A DNA stretch of 64,000 nucleotides from Octopus bimaculoides (GCF_001194135.2 NC_068986.1:66199315-66263314), one strand, 5' to 3'. Positions 1-14,212 are shown, numbered from the stretch's first letter. The notes: generated by a model not told the origin, from the letters alone. Program-made: numbers and translations.

Positions 1-342
1 TGTAGTTTCCAGCTCAGAATTTCTGGAACTACTGTTGACACTGGCTTGTTGTCCAATCTTCATATACTACACTAATATTCCTCACACTTTCCATTGTGTT
101 GTTGCCTTTATTGAACTCATAAAGCAAAATATACTGTATATGCTCTTTTGTCATTTCCATTATAGATTTGAAAAAATAACTTAAAATTGAACTGCACTCT
201 AAACTTGCACTAAGAAAAAGGATGAGGTAAAATTATTGCCTGCTTTTATAGCAAGTTGATGCAGGTAGTTTATCCCGTTCCCCTCTGACTTTTAGTTCAT
301 GCAATTGAAAAAAAAATGCATTATTTATGGGATGACCCAATA
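1..342 (-). mobile_element. Degenerate mariner transposon, 5' end (TIR plus N-terminal HTH of transposase)
   Basis: The minus strand from ATG at 160 reads MEMTKEHIQYILLYEFNKGNNTMESVRNISVVYEDWTTSQCQQ*FQKF*AGN, resembling the mariner HTH region and containing in-frame stops. A TIR-like TATTGGGTCATCCCATAAATAATGCA ends at a TA at 341-342. Confidence 0.8.
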
Positions 343-504
343 CAATCATTAATGAAAATCAGTTGAAAATATAATTATCCTATGCATCCACATTCAATAA
401 ATATATTGTGTAAATATTATAGACACAAACTAACTTATGTTACATTTAGTCTTATTATTTTTCATTTCCATCAAAGTCTCATTGTGATTGGTATATTACA
501 CATA

Positions 505-830
505 TCATCATCATTTTAACATCCATTTTTCCATGCTTAGATGGGTCATATGAGATTGACTCAAATTTCTTACTAAATACCCATCCTTTCACCAAACCTC
601 ACCTGTTTCCAAGTAAGACAATATTTCCCCATGGCCAGACATGTTTCTTATAGAAGATTGCAAATGAAGAACACTATTTCTATGACACTTGCTTACAACT
701 ATAACACAATGTCGAAACAAGGAGACAATAACATACACTTTATATAAATGACGGGCTTCTTTCAGTTTTCATTTACCATTCCTACTCATAAGGCTTTGGT
801 TAGCCTAAGATGACATATAGTGGGAACTAT
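505..830. mobile_element. Decayed SINE fragments
   Basis: A (CAT)n-TTTAACATCC..CCATGC start, followed by ACGGGCTTCTTTCAGTTT..AAGGCTTTGG, matches SINE families repeated elsewhere in the window. Confidence 0.6.
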
Positions 831-2995
831 ATATATATAAATTGGGCATGTGCAATTGAAGCAGCATTGAATTAGAATAGCCATCATATGTATTATATAT
901 ACCACCATTGACAAACAAGACACTACAGTTTTCATCAGAGGTATAAATCACATATAGACATGGTGTACAAAAAACACAGTATCAAAGGGAAGAGAAAAGT
1001 AATCCTGGAAGCAGCTAGCAAGATTGCCAGATGCATTTTGTCAATGACATACATACAGGCAGGCATATGCCTAAACAAAAATTGTTGCCTCTGATATATA
1101 GGAAACAGGTGAATAATACATTCACTGATATTGAGAAGAGCCACTGGGCTGAATAAAATTTGGTGTTCTCAGTTGAAGCAACATTAAATTCAAATAGCCA
1201 TCTATGTATAATACCTAATGTATATACATTGCTGACAAGCAAGATCAAGTAATCATTGTTTCTAACATAACCATAAGATCTGAAATTTGGACGAGTGAAT
1301 TTGTCAATAGTATCAACTCCAGTACTATCCACAGAAAAAAAAATCCTAAACTTCTACATAGCAAAAAACATCAATATATTCTGTCCCAGTTTGTATATAC
1401 AACAGAAATCCAACACAAAAATGTGTTTTTATACGTATTATGTAAAAATAGCTTTAAGAGCGGTAGAGTAGGTATGAGGTTAATTTCATATTTAATAGAC
1501 GAAGAATGCAATAAAAGCAACTAATGGAAAACAAAAAGCTATAAAATTATAAATAACAAAGCAAATTTAGCCCAATACTAACAAACTACAGGAAGATGAT
1601 ATTAAATAGTATCTAATAATAATTGTTATTTCTCCCCTACTTAATTGCATTGATGAAAATTTCACAAGGATTAGACAGTTCTACTAATATAAAGAGCTCA
1701 TTAATAAAATTAGAGTGGCCAAATTATAGAAGAATTTGACACTGGAAGTAGAAAGTAATTAGCAAGTAAGAATAACAATGTAATTAGAGTTAGAATTTTA
1801 GTTAAACATCTCATAATACAAGTTTGATGAGATTATCAGAGAATTTTGAAAAAAAAAAAATGGTTTTAAAGGCAAAATTGATAAAATATTGGAAAATAAA
1901 AAACCTTCTGCCAATCATTTATTCAGATATTAACAGACACTCCTTTTATTCTTACTTTAAATATATATTCTGTTCCAGATTAAACAATTTGTTGAAAGAA
2001 TAAAAATGATGCAACTGTGTGGTTAAAGAGCTTGATATGCAAACATAAATCTTAGGTTTGATCAAACTGCATGGCAACAGAACAGCATTACCAAGGAAAC
2101 AGTCTAAATTGCTTCCTGTAGGTTTCCTAGAATGAACCACTCATGCCATCTATATATATTTACTGCAGCTCACGAAGACTTGACAATTGAAGTCAAAAAT
2201 ACCATACTTAAGACTTTTCAAACAAATTTTTGCTAGAGTATAAGGATCTCACTATCTCATTTCTTAACCCTGGTTAATTAGTTGGACTGTTGTCATTCAT
2301 TTGTTTTAATACTTCCTTTGTAACATTTTGACAATTAAAATCAAAAAATTACTGTAATTCTATATATTGTTGCCTATGTGATTTGGCTGGTATGCAGTGG
2401 GTGGACACCTGTCACTGAATATTTGCAGTATGTTGAAATCATGTAATCTGACAGTTTGGGCACACACAGTAGACAATTCTCATCTGCTAATGATATACAT
2501 GTGATTTTATGTACCAGGCACCTATATGAGAGGGCCTTCTAAGGTAAATACTACAGTATTTAAGATTCAGCATTCTAAGAAAACATACATGTTAAGAATG
2601 CAATTTGAGAGAGGTTTGACAGTTACTTTTAGCAAGTTGCTCCACTTCATACAGGTTCCTTAATTGGCTCAAAGCACTTCACATAGTATATAATAAAGAT
2701 GTCACAGAACTAATAAGATCATTTCCATTTTAATCAAATAATGACTGAAAATTGTCCAGTACTGATCTCCATGTTCCTATGTAAGAAATCTAATAGATTT
2801 TTTAAATAGGCACATGACCAGAAACTGTGAAATAATATAGGCATCAAAAATTTGGAGATAGTTTAATATAAGCAATATACTAATAACCATATAGTTATAA
2901 CCCTGGCATATCAGCCACCAGAAATGTGAATTGACTGATAAGACAGAATGAAAAGGCATATAGGAAATATATATAGGAAAACAAATGCACAGACT

Positions 2996-3034
<39 letters not shown>

Positions 3035-5184
3035 TGTAAATAGATGATGCATGAAAGGTGTAAAAGCACCATTAATTAACAGTAAAAAATGTCCATGGTA
3101 GGAAATAATGTAAATCTATAAGATTTAGAAAGAAGTGTTTCAGTGAGAATTGATAACAATGGTCCTCATTGAGACAAGCTGAAGCATAAGAATGGTAGAC
3201 AGAGAGATGCATTTTATCTTAACCAATCTATGCCATTATAGAAGACCAGACACTAAAATGCTAGTGATAGGATGATTAAACATACTGCTTACAAGAAAGA
3301 ACCGTTTTTACTTACATACAAAACTAAAAGCAAGCTACACATTAGATGACAGCCCAAATCAATCATATGAGAGATATTGAGGAATTTCTAAAGCTATTAA
3401 GAGATACGATGTAGATACTATTGAACCAATACAAATAGTTGTAATAAATATCTAGCTTGTCTAGTTGAAAATAGATATCAGTTCCTCTTTATAGCTTGGT
3501 GATTGTCAATAAGAAAGATATCTTACTGTAAAGCAATGACTCATAAAAATAGCAATTTCTAAATCATTCGTTGTTGTTTAGCCCCAGGTCATCTCTGACT
3601 GAGCAAAAATATATAACCAAAATCATTCAATCTTATAACCATCCAACTTTCTTTTAATAAGTATCCATCGAGGACCAGTGTTTTCTGCTATTAAAATGGT
3701 AGAGTATGAGAGAAGAAAGATTTGGCTATGATTTCTGGCAGGTTGAGCAAAGATGTAGCAATTACCTTGTATTTATGTCAGCATTCAAACAAACTAAGAC
3801 AAAAATGTGTGAAAATAAAAAAGATATTTTTTACAAAATCAGTTATAATTTTTATTCAATAATTACACAGCATACATCAATTCCTAAAAGGCCTAAAGGG
3901 ATCCAAACACAGTAGAAATCCCAAAAACAGCAGAAGACTCAAAGAGCTGAAGTCCCAGTGTTAAAGCAAGAATAGGTGAATTTGATATTCATTTATGTCA
4001 AATATTTTTCTAGAATATCAGATTCTATTATGTCAAGCAATCATTGAAACACTATAAAAGATCAAGAAACACTACAAAGGTCATATGTATAGAGATAGAA
4101 AGAGACAGCTGGAGAGTGAAGAGGGGAAAGAGAAGATAGAAATACCAGGTGAAGTAAAAAGAGAAAAACTGCAATCACAGCCCTCACCCACCCTGCAGAA
4201 CACTGAAAGTGGAGGCTAGAGACAGTAGTGCAGTAATCAACTAAAGGAAACCCTTTGATTCACCTGGCTTACTCTTTTTATTATACCTGTGATGTTGCTT
4301 AGTCTACCTTCTTCCTCTGTACTCTGTACATATGTGTACATTTACACATGCACACAAACACAGCACTGAGTTTGACACAGATACTCATGCATACACACAC
4401 ACATCTTTACTCTAGGCACAACCTGTTGATATTTGATATTTTTCACTATCTTAATGTTAGGTTATTCATGAATATATAAATTATAAGATATAATAAAATC
4501 AGAACACAAGCTACCTTGCACTAGTTCAGGTAGGTATTACTAGAAAGAGAAAACAAAACACTGTTTGATATACTGACCCCAAATATAGCTACTTCTCCAC
4601 CATCCTACTTCCCACAAGCAACTCTCCACCCAAAAGGGATAGGTTGCATATAGTCTAAGATATTGTTGAAACTACTGTAATTCCTGTTGTTATTTACCTC
4701 TCTGTCCATGCGAGTCAATCAGACTTATGATCAAAGATACTGTAGCTGTAAACATCCAGTCTTTACACAAATTATCTAATATGTCCTTCCTTTTTTCTTT
4801 AAAAAGGATAAAGTGCAATTTAAGAAGGATCTGACTGTTATCTCTAGTAATTCATGCATGTATATAGAGGTACCCATCTTTGACCATGTAATTGTAAACT
4901 TTGTGAGGTCACCACACTATGTTAAGAGTTAAATCATTTAAAGATTATTTCTTTATCTTCCCTAAAAATGTATTCTAATAAAAGCCACTCAATTCATCTG
5001 GTAGAATATGATACATAACAAAAGCAAATGGTGTTAAAATTTCTTTACATAAGTCAATCACTGGTATCTTAGACTGCACTCAAAAGAAATTTATGTACCA
5101 GACCAATAAAATATACACATTTACTTAATTTCTAGAACAGTCACATTGTGTTGAAATTCTGAAACTGCAGCTATAAATATGCAC

Positions 5185-5375
5185 AACACTTCAGAATTAA
5201 CTGGCTTGCATTGCTTTTTAAACTACAATTACAATACATATTGCATTTCAGAATTAACAGACAGCAATATTTCTTAAATGCTAGTCATGATACACACTGC
5301 ATTTTAGAATTAATTTATGACACTTTTTCTTAAACCACAACACACAAACACACACTACATTTCAGAATTCACTGG
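5185..5375. repeat. Degenerate tandem repeat, about 57-bp period, 4 units
   Basis: The core TTCAGAATTAA (with variants) occurs at 5190, 5247, 5303 and 5361. Confidence 0.7.
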
Positions 5376-6745
5376 TTACAATGTTTCCAGGACACCCAGC
5401 TTTCTCCTATAACATTATATACAATCTGTATGTTAAACTATTAGCCAATAACAGCCATTTCTACCCATGCTAATCATGTATTCCCACATCACACTACTTC
5501 CCAAATGTTTTGAATTCCAGAGTAACTAAACCAATCTCATTCACCCCTTTAACTTTCTCACATGAGAGCTCTCCTTCCACATACTTAAAAATGTGGACAA
5601 TAATGACATCAAAACAAAGACATAAAATATTAAATATATAAACATACACATATACACACAGGCATATATACATACACACACACATATATACATGCATACG
5701 CACACACATGTATATAGTCACTTAGTGGTTAACAATTTAAATTGTACACTGTGTATATATGTATATATTGTTTTCTAGCATATTGGATGACCACCTAGTG
5801 GTCATCCCTTCTTATACGCATACTGTTGTACAATATATAGATACATGTATTTAATCGTGATCATTATGAAGAACCAGTAACCATCATTATCTAAAGTGTA
5901 CATACAAGTGAAAAATATTGGATTTCCATAACAGCCACAATTCATTTATGGTTATTGTAAAAAATAAAATGATAAATAATGAGTGTAGAATAAAAGTTAT
6001 TTCAGATGTCACAGAAAAGAGAAATTTGATATTAGGATAGCATGTTACATACAATAAAGCAAACCTGTCTCTCGTGCCACTGTTACAAGACATACACGTG
6101 GCTGTTTAAAGAATAACCTTGTTTAAAGATAAAATTTCATAAAACTTAACATTTGACTCAGTGCATGTATACTTTGATAACTCTTACAAACTATTCCTCT
6201 CCTATTTAATATAAAAGTAAATTAAAACTATTACAAAGAAAAGAAAATAAAGTTGTATACAGGGCAAAACAAATTAAATTAAAATTCTTGCCTGATTAAC
6301 TCTGCCCTTTTTAACATGTTAAGGATGTAATTGTTTCACAAGAAGTTAAAATGAAGATCATTTTAAATCATTTTTTGGAGGTAATTGTGCAATCATTTCA
6401 CAGTCCATTTTTATAACTTGTTGGCACAAAAATGATCCAAAATAGCATATAGACCTACAGAAAGATCTCTACGAATTATTCCTTAAATTTTTCAGGCCAT
6501 TGCTCCCTTAAATACATCAACTTCAACATTCTGTAACTAATGTCATTAAAAAAACACAGATCAGACAAGTAGTTAGCGTAAAACTAAATAAGGACTGACA
6601 AAAGCTTCAAGATTTTGATATCAGCTAATTACTTTACAGTCCAGTAACTGAACTGAGCTGCACCATAACCCAGCATTTACTTGCACCTTTCAGCTTCCCT
6701 TAAGTAAATTCACGATATAAATCAAGTAAACTACTCAGAGAAAGA

Positions 6746-6968
6746 GAACCCTTTTGTTACGATATTTCTCTTTGTATACACTGCCTTTGTTTCAAGTAAT
6801 TTTGAAAACAATGAAGAATTTAGTAAAATAATTATTATTAAGTTGATGTTTGGAAGATAAATTAACATGAAATTTTAATGGTACACTTTAATTTAAAATA
6901 CTTCAAAACAGGAATTTATATCACAGAATTAGGGATGGTTTCAAGCAAGTTGATATCAAAAGGGTTAA
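6746..6968. mobile_element. MITE with CCCTTT TIR, family A (piggyBac-like)
   Basis: Ends are AACCCTTTTGTTAC and AAAAGGGTTAA; the internal sequence is shared with 49572-49831. Confidence 0.7.
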
Positions 6969-8850
6969 CATTTGTTGGTTTGTAAAGTGTAACAGATTAG
7001 AATTTAAAACCAAATATGATGATGATACAAGTGACAATGATGACATTGTACATTTGCTGTTCTACTTACTAATCTCAGTGTGATTCCAGTTATTTAAGAT
7101 GCTACATGTTATATTACTTTACATTAAGAAAATAATACTTGGAGACCATGAAAAGAATTTTATCTTTTTTAAGTCTGTTAGAATAGATTTGCTGTTGCTA
7201 GCTAGCGGTAAAATTGGACCATATATTGAATAATGTTCAACACATTATTTGCTTTGAATCTATACTCTAATGGAGAAAGCTGCTTATTAATTAGGTATGT
7301 AACAATTACTAAAAGTAAGCAATTGTTAAAGGGTTAAACTGTCTGGAAATATTTTTATAAATTCATATTCTAAGAAATTTCCAATAACTTCAATTTCTCA
7401 AGTTTATTGAATCTTTTTAACTCCAATTTCTCGCAAATTTAAATATTCACTGCGTCCAATTCATCACAAATTTAAATATTCATTGCATTCACTGCGGAGT
7501 ATTCCATTTTCATTTGCAAAGTCTCACTTTCTCTTTTAAGTTTTAATTCGCTATTAATGCATACATAATGTAAAAACATTATTTATTGAATGAAAATTTT
7601 TTTAAATACCCATATAATTTTTGAACGCAGGATAGCTGTGAGAAGAGCCTAGAAAGTTAGGTGATTATTATTAGAAGATGAGGAGAAAAAAAAACAAAAA
7701 GTTACTGACAAGAACTTGAAACTTGCACCTTATTCACAGTTTCCAAACACAACTTCAACAGTGACACACACAAACACACCAATACACACTCGTGCACACA
7801 CATTGATACACATACACACAAATGAAAAGTAAAGAATGTGTGTGTGTGTGTGTGTGGATGCATGCGTGCGTGTGCATGCATGTGCTGTTCACTGACAACT
7901 TCATGCTGCATCACTTTTGTAAAATTTTGTCAGTGAACAGGTGGTGGTTTCAAAGCAATGAAAATATTTTGACACAAATGAAGTTTTAGTGTCGAAGTGA
8001 AACTAATGGTAATTGTGCGTTCTTGAATGGTTTACAAACATCTTCCATGCTGCAATTGTTTTTGTTTCAGCACACAACCTCAGATCAAGTCACTNNNNNN
8101 NNNNNNNNNNNNNNNNNNNNNNNNNNNNNNNNNNNNNNNNNNNNNNNNNNNNNNNNNNNNNNNNNNNNNNNNNNNNNNNNNNNNNNNNNNNNNNNNNNNN
8201 NNNNNNNNNNNNNNNNNNNNNNNNNNNNNNNNNNNNNNNNNNNNNNNNNNNNNNNNNNNNNNNNNNNNNNNNNNNNNNNNNNNNNNNNNNNNNNNNNNNN
8301 NNNNNNNNNNNNNNNNNNNNNNNNNNNNNNNNNNNNNNNNNNNNNNNNNNNNNNNNNNNNNNNNNNNNNNNNNNNNNNNNNNNNNNNNNNNNNNNNNNNN
8401 NNNNNNNNNNNNNNNNNNNNNNNNCATACAAAGGTGCCCCCACCCCAAACCCATCATTTCGAAGGCTGTGGTTTTAAAAAAAATGGGGAAGATCCCAAAA
8501 AACTTTTCCCCACAAATTTCTTTATACTCATAATCTATGCCGTTTGAAGGGGATTTGTATAAATTTTCATTAAAAGACACCCATCTTCCAGAAAGTTACA
8601 AGGGAAAAAGTCAGATCGTGTGAATTTTCTGAAACTCCTCTCTCCACTCCCTTGCAAAAATTCTTTCCCATAAATCGCTATATACTCTGAAGCCACAATA
8701 TCCAAGCAGTATTTGTAGAAAATTTTGTTAAGAAATCCATTTTTCTGGATGTTATGAGGCAACAAAGTCGGGGGCATGTATATCTGTAGTAATGCCCTTT
8801 TGTTTATACTATTTTTTCATTTCATGTTTATTTCATTCATTGTTTGCAAT

Positions 8851-8956
<106 letters not shown>

Positions 8957-9493
8957 TGTAAAGCTTACAGATAGGCTGCTGAATTGAAATCTCTATATTG
9001 CTTTGAGGGGAAGGTAAAACTTGACAAACTGCTTCTCCCTCTGTTGTTGGACTACTGTAATGTTTCTTTAATAAAGAGAGATTATGACTGTGATAAAATA
9101 ATGAAAGCAATATTTACTAAGTAAGTGAGCACTGTTATACAAAGAAAGAATTTGACATAAAATATAAAAATTATTAGAAATGGGAATCAAATGTGAAAAT
9201 GTTATCAAGGGGCTAGCAGAAAACCGCCCGGAAAGCAGTCTTTCTGCTAGTATTGCTAATTACTACTGGGTAAAACTTGGCACAGTTATTTGAGTAAATT
9301 GCAAGAGATCAGTCAAGTAATATAACCAACATAAAGCTACCTATTAAAGGGTATCTTAGCACAATGGCTTTAGAATACTTTTTTTTAATTCGTGGTATAC
9401 TTTGGAGGAAATCTTAATAGTCAAAATTTGAAACCATGATGGGGTCAATGAAAAAGGTAGGAACAAACCCTACAGAAAAACTAAACTCTTCTT

Positions 9494-9732
9494 TTAACAC
9501 TATTCATACCACAGACATATAAGCATCTCTTATCTATAGCTGTGAAATCCCAAATGGACAGTTAAAAGATGCACATGAGCATCTCTGGGATTTTACAACA
9601 TAGTGAGTAAGGCGCATATTAGCATCTCTGGGATTTTATGGCTGTCTATGAGTGACAAATACATGCACTACTAGGATTTCCTAGTTATAGATAAGCAACA
9701 CTTATTGCATCTGTGGTATGGATAGTGTTTAA
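9494..9732. mobile_element. Fold-back MITE-like element
   Basis: Inverted termini CACTATTCATACCACAGA / TCTGTGGTATGGATAGTG with TTAA-like flanks. An internal inverted pair ATCTATAGCTGTGAAATCC / GGATTTCCTAGTTATAGAT is also present. Confidence 0.7.
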
Positions 9733-10179
9733 ATTAACAAGGAAGCAAGCATGAATTAAGACCAGTAAACGATACAGATTAGAATCAGGTGTAAGGAACA
9801 ATTTTGGACATGCTTAATGTATGAGAAGTATTGAAAAGTGAAACTAGATAGAAGCCGAAATAATACTAAGTAGAAATGACCACAGAGAATAAGAGTATAC
9901 AGAATATATCCATATATAAAACCCACATTTCTATTTTTAAAAGGACTATTCAGTTAGTACTATCTTGGGTCAAGAAACTAAAAAGTAATTTTTCAATTTT
10001 ATTCAAATCACAGGAGTATAAATATTTTATTCAGACATAATAACTATTTTAGTCACTTCTGTATTTAGCAACAGTTACACTATACTTTCAAATGTAGGAG
10101 TGAACTTCCATTTTCTTTTCACAACATCAGTACATAACTTAAAATAAATTAGGAAATAAAAACTGCCAGTGAGTCTTAC

Positions 10180-10192
10180 CTCATAATTCTGG
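10180..10192 (-). CDS. Candidate 13-nt microexon (CCAGAATTATGAG) of an unidentified gene
   Basis: Minus strand reads tctttctattttag|CCAGAATTATGAG|gtaaga. Supported by splice signals only; chance matches are common in AT-rich DNA. Confidence 0.25.
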
Positions 10193-11537
10193 CTAAAATA
10201 GAAAGACGGTATCAGTGAAACGAAGTAAGATATTTATTTAGTAAATGAAACCAGTTATATAGACCTGACCAACAAGTTATTTAACTGCTTTACATCTCAA
10301 AACCATCTGACACCTACAAACTACATGTTTTTTGAGCCAATCCTTTAAAGAATTTTACTTTGGTTTGTCACCATCTGACTTAATTAGATGGTAACAAGCT
10401 GAATTTAAGAAAAATTAAATAAATTAAAGATTAAATAAATCTCCATATGAATTCACATTTCTTCATAAAATTCTTGGAATTTGAATCTTAAATGTCAAGT
10501 AGTTTCACTTTTCTAGAATTTTAGGCAACCTGATATGGTGCACAACACTTTCTAGTTAAAGCTATGAAACCAAAACTAATATGTCACTAGCAAGCAACTG
10601 ACAAATCTTTTACTGCTATTGACCTCAAGTAATACTTCACAGGCGTAACTTACAAAACATCCTACATATAAGAAACTGAAAGACTTTCCAGAGCATCATT
10701 CATCAGTAGATCTAGAAATCAGTTGCATGAGTTTAGATAAGTTAAATATAACTTGTGAATATCTACAAAATCAACACATAGGAATTTGAACAGAACATAC
10801 TTCCTGACCATATTCCTAATATAATATATTATGTGTTCCAATTAATAATTTTGATAATAATCAAGAATTTTGAATGGTTTATTAATTTCTCTATTATTAA
10901 ATCAGTGGATCAAACGACTTAAAAATTTCTGACATAAAATCATATTTGAATGTTTAAACACGAACACTTTAAACAGAATAATTCAGAAACATCACCAAAC
11001 CTACAAGTTTATTATATCACAGATTTCATATCATAAAACTCTGGGGAATCTCTGGCAAGTTAGTACGAAAACAATCTATCTAGTAAGGAGGTTCTTAATA
11101 AAAATTGGGAACAACCTAAAAATGAGTTTAGTTTTAACTACAATTGAAAAAAAGAGAGTTCATCTATATCAATTTAAATCTACAATTGCCAATTTCTCAT
11201 CCACGGAAACTTAAAACAATTACAGAGCACCCACTATGAAAGAAGCTGTAGATCATCTAGCTTTGTTGTTATCGGGATCTAAGTTCAAATCTTGTTACAG
11301 TAAGTATTTTCTTAGAGAATCTGCTTCAAACCTATAGATTACAATATAATTGTGAAAGGGTTGCAAAGACAGAATATTTTATCTTTGAAATATTTCATAA
11401 AATCTAAAATATTCATTACAGGATTACTGAACAGTAACCAACATTTATTACAAAGACAAAACAAAGCATCAAGTGCTAATGCTATTAAATTTTTAGAAAG
11501 TACCTTTTTTGGGGGGGGGGGATATATAGACACAGGC

Positions 11538-11815
11538 ATAGCTATGTGGTTTAAGAATCTTGCTTTGTAACCACATGGTCAATAAATTTGGTAAATGGAA
11601 GCTGTGCAAAAGCCCATTTTACGTGTGTGTGTGTGTATGTCACCACTCCATTGCTGCTTGACAACTGGTGTTGTTTTGTTTACATCCCAATAACATACCA
11701 GCTCAATAACAGAGACTGATAGAATAAATACTAAATCAGTTTGTTCAACCAAAACCCTTCAAGGCAATGCCATAGCATGGCCACAGTCCAATCACTAAAA
11801 CAAATAAAATATAAA
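11538..11815 (+). mobile_element. tRNA-head SINE (family 1), decayed and internally deleted
   Basis: GCTATGTGGTTTAAGAATCTTGC head and AGCATGGCCACAGTC..AAACAAATAAAA tail. Confidence 0.75.
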
Positions 11816-12222
11816 ATATTTAAAATATGGATTGTGAAGGGTTACTGATTTGCCAAAATGACTAACAATGGTAAAAAGTAACCTCTGTATCAGGGACTTT
11901 ATTTAAGACAATAATGACTGATTTCAAATTTTAGCACAATGCCAGCAATTTCGAGGGAGGGGCAAGTTGATTACGACAACCCAGAACTCAACTGGTAAAA
12001 GAATGAAAGGAAATTTCATCTCAGCAGAATTTAAACTGAGATTATAAAAAAGCAGGAGGAATGCAACAAAGCAATCTGGCTGACATACTAATGATTCTGC
12101 CAGCTCACTACCTGAGGCACAGTAATGATAACAGAACCATGAGAATAATAAGAATCCAGCTAAAAAGACTCCTCACTCACCAGCAAATAAGGTTCATTGA
12201 TATAAGTTGCTAAATTAGTTAC

Positions 12223-12237
12223 CTTCAAATTCTGCCA
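12223..12237 (-). CDS. Candidate 15-nt microexon (TGGCAGAATTTGAAG)
   Basis: Minus strand reads tatattagtttag|TGGCAGAATTTGAAG|gtaact. It joins 10180-10192 in frame as AEFEARIM. Supported by splice signals only. Confidence 0.25.
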
Positions 12238-12716
12238 CTAAACTAATATAAAGTAAACATTGCTGATTTGTAGAATCAAGTTTAATTAAACTTCTGATTA
12301 CTTCTGAATAATCGTTGACACATAAGTAACATATGGAATACTAATTCCAAAAGAAGGTATCAGAAGTCAATCAATTAAAAGATTTATAAATTCATTAAGC
12401 ACTAGTACACTTTAGAAAACATTAATTAGAGCTTTTTTTTCTTCTTCTTTACTTTCTTGTTTCACTTCATCTTGAAGAAATTGGATACACAGGAAAATCT
12501 TTTTTTAAGCTATAGTAATAGTAGATAATTTGACCTGTTTGTATGTTTAACATACTACCAAGGATTGGACAGGGACTTACTAAAGGCAGGACTTTATGAC
12601 CAAATGCTGTTTTGCAAACAAGGTTTGTTTTGGGGTTTTCTTTTTTATTCCATGTGCTTTTTAAAGCAACAAGTCAATGTTAATAAAGCATGTAAATATC
12701 ATATCACCATTTCATT

Positions 12717-12749
<33 letters not shown>

Positions 12750-13458
12750 ATTTATATATATATATATTTATATAAATATATATATATTTTCATTTTATCT
12801 AGTTTCAGCTCATGAGCTGTGGCCATGCTGGGGCACTGCCATTTGGTGTTGCTANNNNNNNNNNNNNNNNNNNNNNNNNNNNNNNNNNNNNNNNNNNNNN
12901 NNNNNNNNNNNNNNNNNNNNNNNNNNNNNNNNNNNNNNNNNNNNNNNNNNNNNNNNNNNNNNNNNNNNNNNNNNNNNNNNNNNNNNNNNNNNNNNNNNNN
13001 NNNNNNNNNNNNNNNNNNNNNNNNNNNNNNNNNNNNNNNNNNNNNNNNNNNNNNNNNNNNNNNNNNNNNNNNNNNNNNNNNNNNNNNNNNNNNNNNNNNN
13101 NNNNNNNNNNNNNNNNNNNNNNNNNNNNNNNNNNNNNNNNNNNNNNNNNNNNNNNNNNNNNNNNNNNNNNNNNNNNNNNNNTATATCTTTTACTTGTTTC
13201 AGCCATCAGACTATGGCTTGGAAAACTTTTAGTCAAATGAATCAGCTCCAGTGATGGTTATTTTAAGCTTGGTACTTATTCTATCATCCCTTTGGCCAAA
13301 CTGTTAAGTTATGGGGACATAAGCACACCAGCATCATGTGTTAAGAGGTGGTGGGGGACAAAAAGACACAAAGACACGCATTTATATATATATATGGTGC
13401 TTCAGCATGGCCGCAGTCAAATGACTGAAACAAGTAAAAGAATAAAAGGATATATATA

Positions 13459-13620
13459 GGCACAGGAATGGTTGTGTGGTAAGAAGCTTGCTTTCCAACA
13501 CATGGTCCTGGGTTCAGCCTCACTGTGTAGCACCTTGGGTAAGTGTCTTCTACTATAGCCTCGGGCCAACCAAAGCCTTGTGAGTGAATTTGGTAGATGA
13601 AAACTGAAAGAAGCCAGTCC

Positions 13621-13655
<35 letters not shown>

Positions 13656-13840
13656 TCCCCCACAATTGCTTGACAACCGATGTTGGTGTGTCTATGTCCC
13701 CATAAATTAGCAGCTCAGCAAAAGATACTGATAGAATAAATACTAGGTTTATAGAACAAAGGCCCTGGGGTCAACTAAAGGTGGTGCTCCAGCATGTCCA
13801 CAGTCAAATGACTGAAACAAGAATAAAGAAATAAAAGAAT
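13459..13840 (+). mobile_element. tRNA-head SINE (family 1), full length
   Basis: GGCACAGGAATGGTTGTGTGGTAAGAAGCTTGC head, internal (TG)n, and GGTGGTGCTCCAGCATG..GACTGAAACAAG tail. Confidence 0.9.
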
Positions 13841-13849
13841 ATATATATA

Positions 13850-14212
13850 TTCTTTTATTCTTTTACTTGTTTCAGTCATTTGACTGTGGCCATGCTGGAG
13901 CACCACCTTTAATCGAGCAAATCAACCCCTGGACTTATTCTTTGTAAGCCTAGTAGCTATTTGTGTCTTTTGCTGAACTGCTAAGTTATGGGGACATAAA
14001 TACCAGCATCAGTTGTCAAGAAATGTTGTGGCAATAAACACAGACACACATACATATATATATATACATATATATGATGGGTTTCTTTCAATTTCTGTCA
14101 ACCAAATTCACTCACAAGGTTTTGGTTGGCCCGAGGCTATAGAAGACACTTGCCCAAGGTGCTACACATAACCATGTGGTTGGGAAGCAAGCTTCTTACC
14201 ACACAGCTATGT

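Noticed and set aside
935-1332. Overlapping minus-strand ORFs of 105 and 69 aa
   Set aside because: No recognisable domain, a non-ATG start for the longer ORF, and no convincing splice context. They may be decayed transposon sequence.
2902-2934. Minus-strand QFTFLVADMPG after a strong acceptor (resembles a GTPase DxxG or sHSP DMPG motif)
   Set aside because: The donor is weak, a stop follows two codons later, and 11 residues are too few to assign a family.
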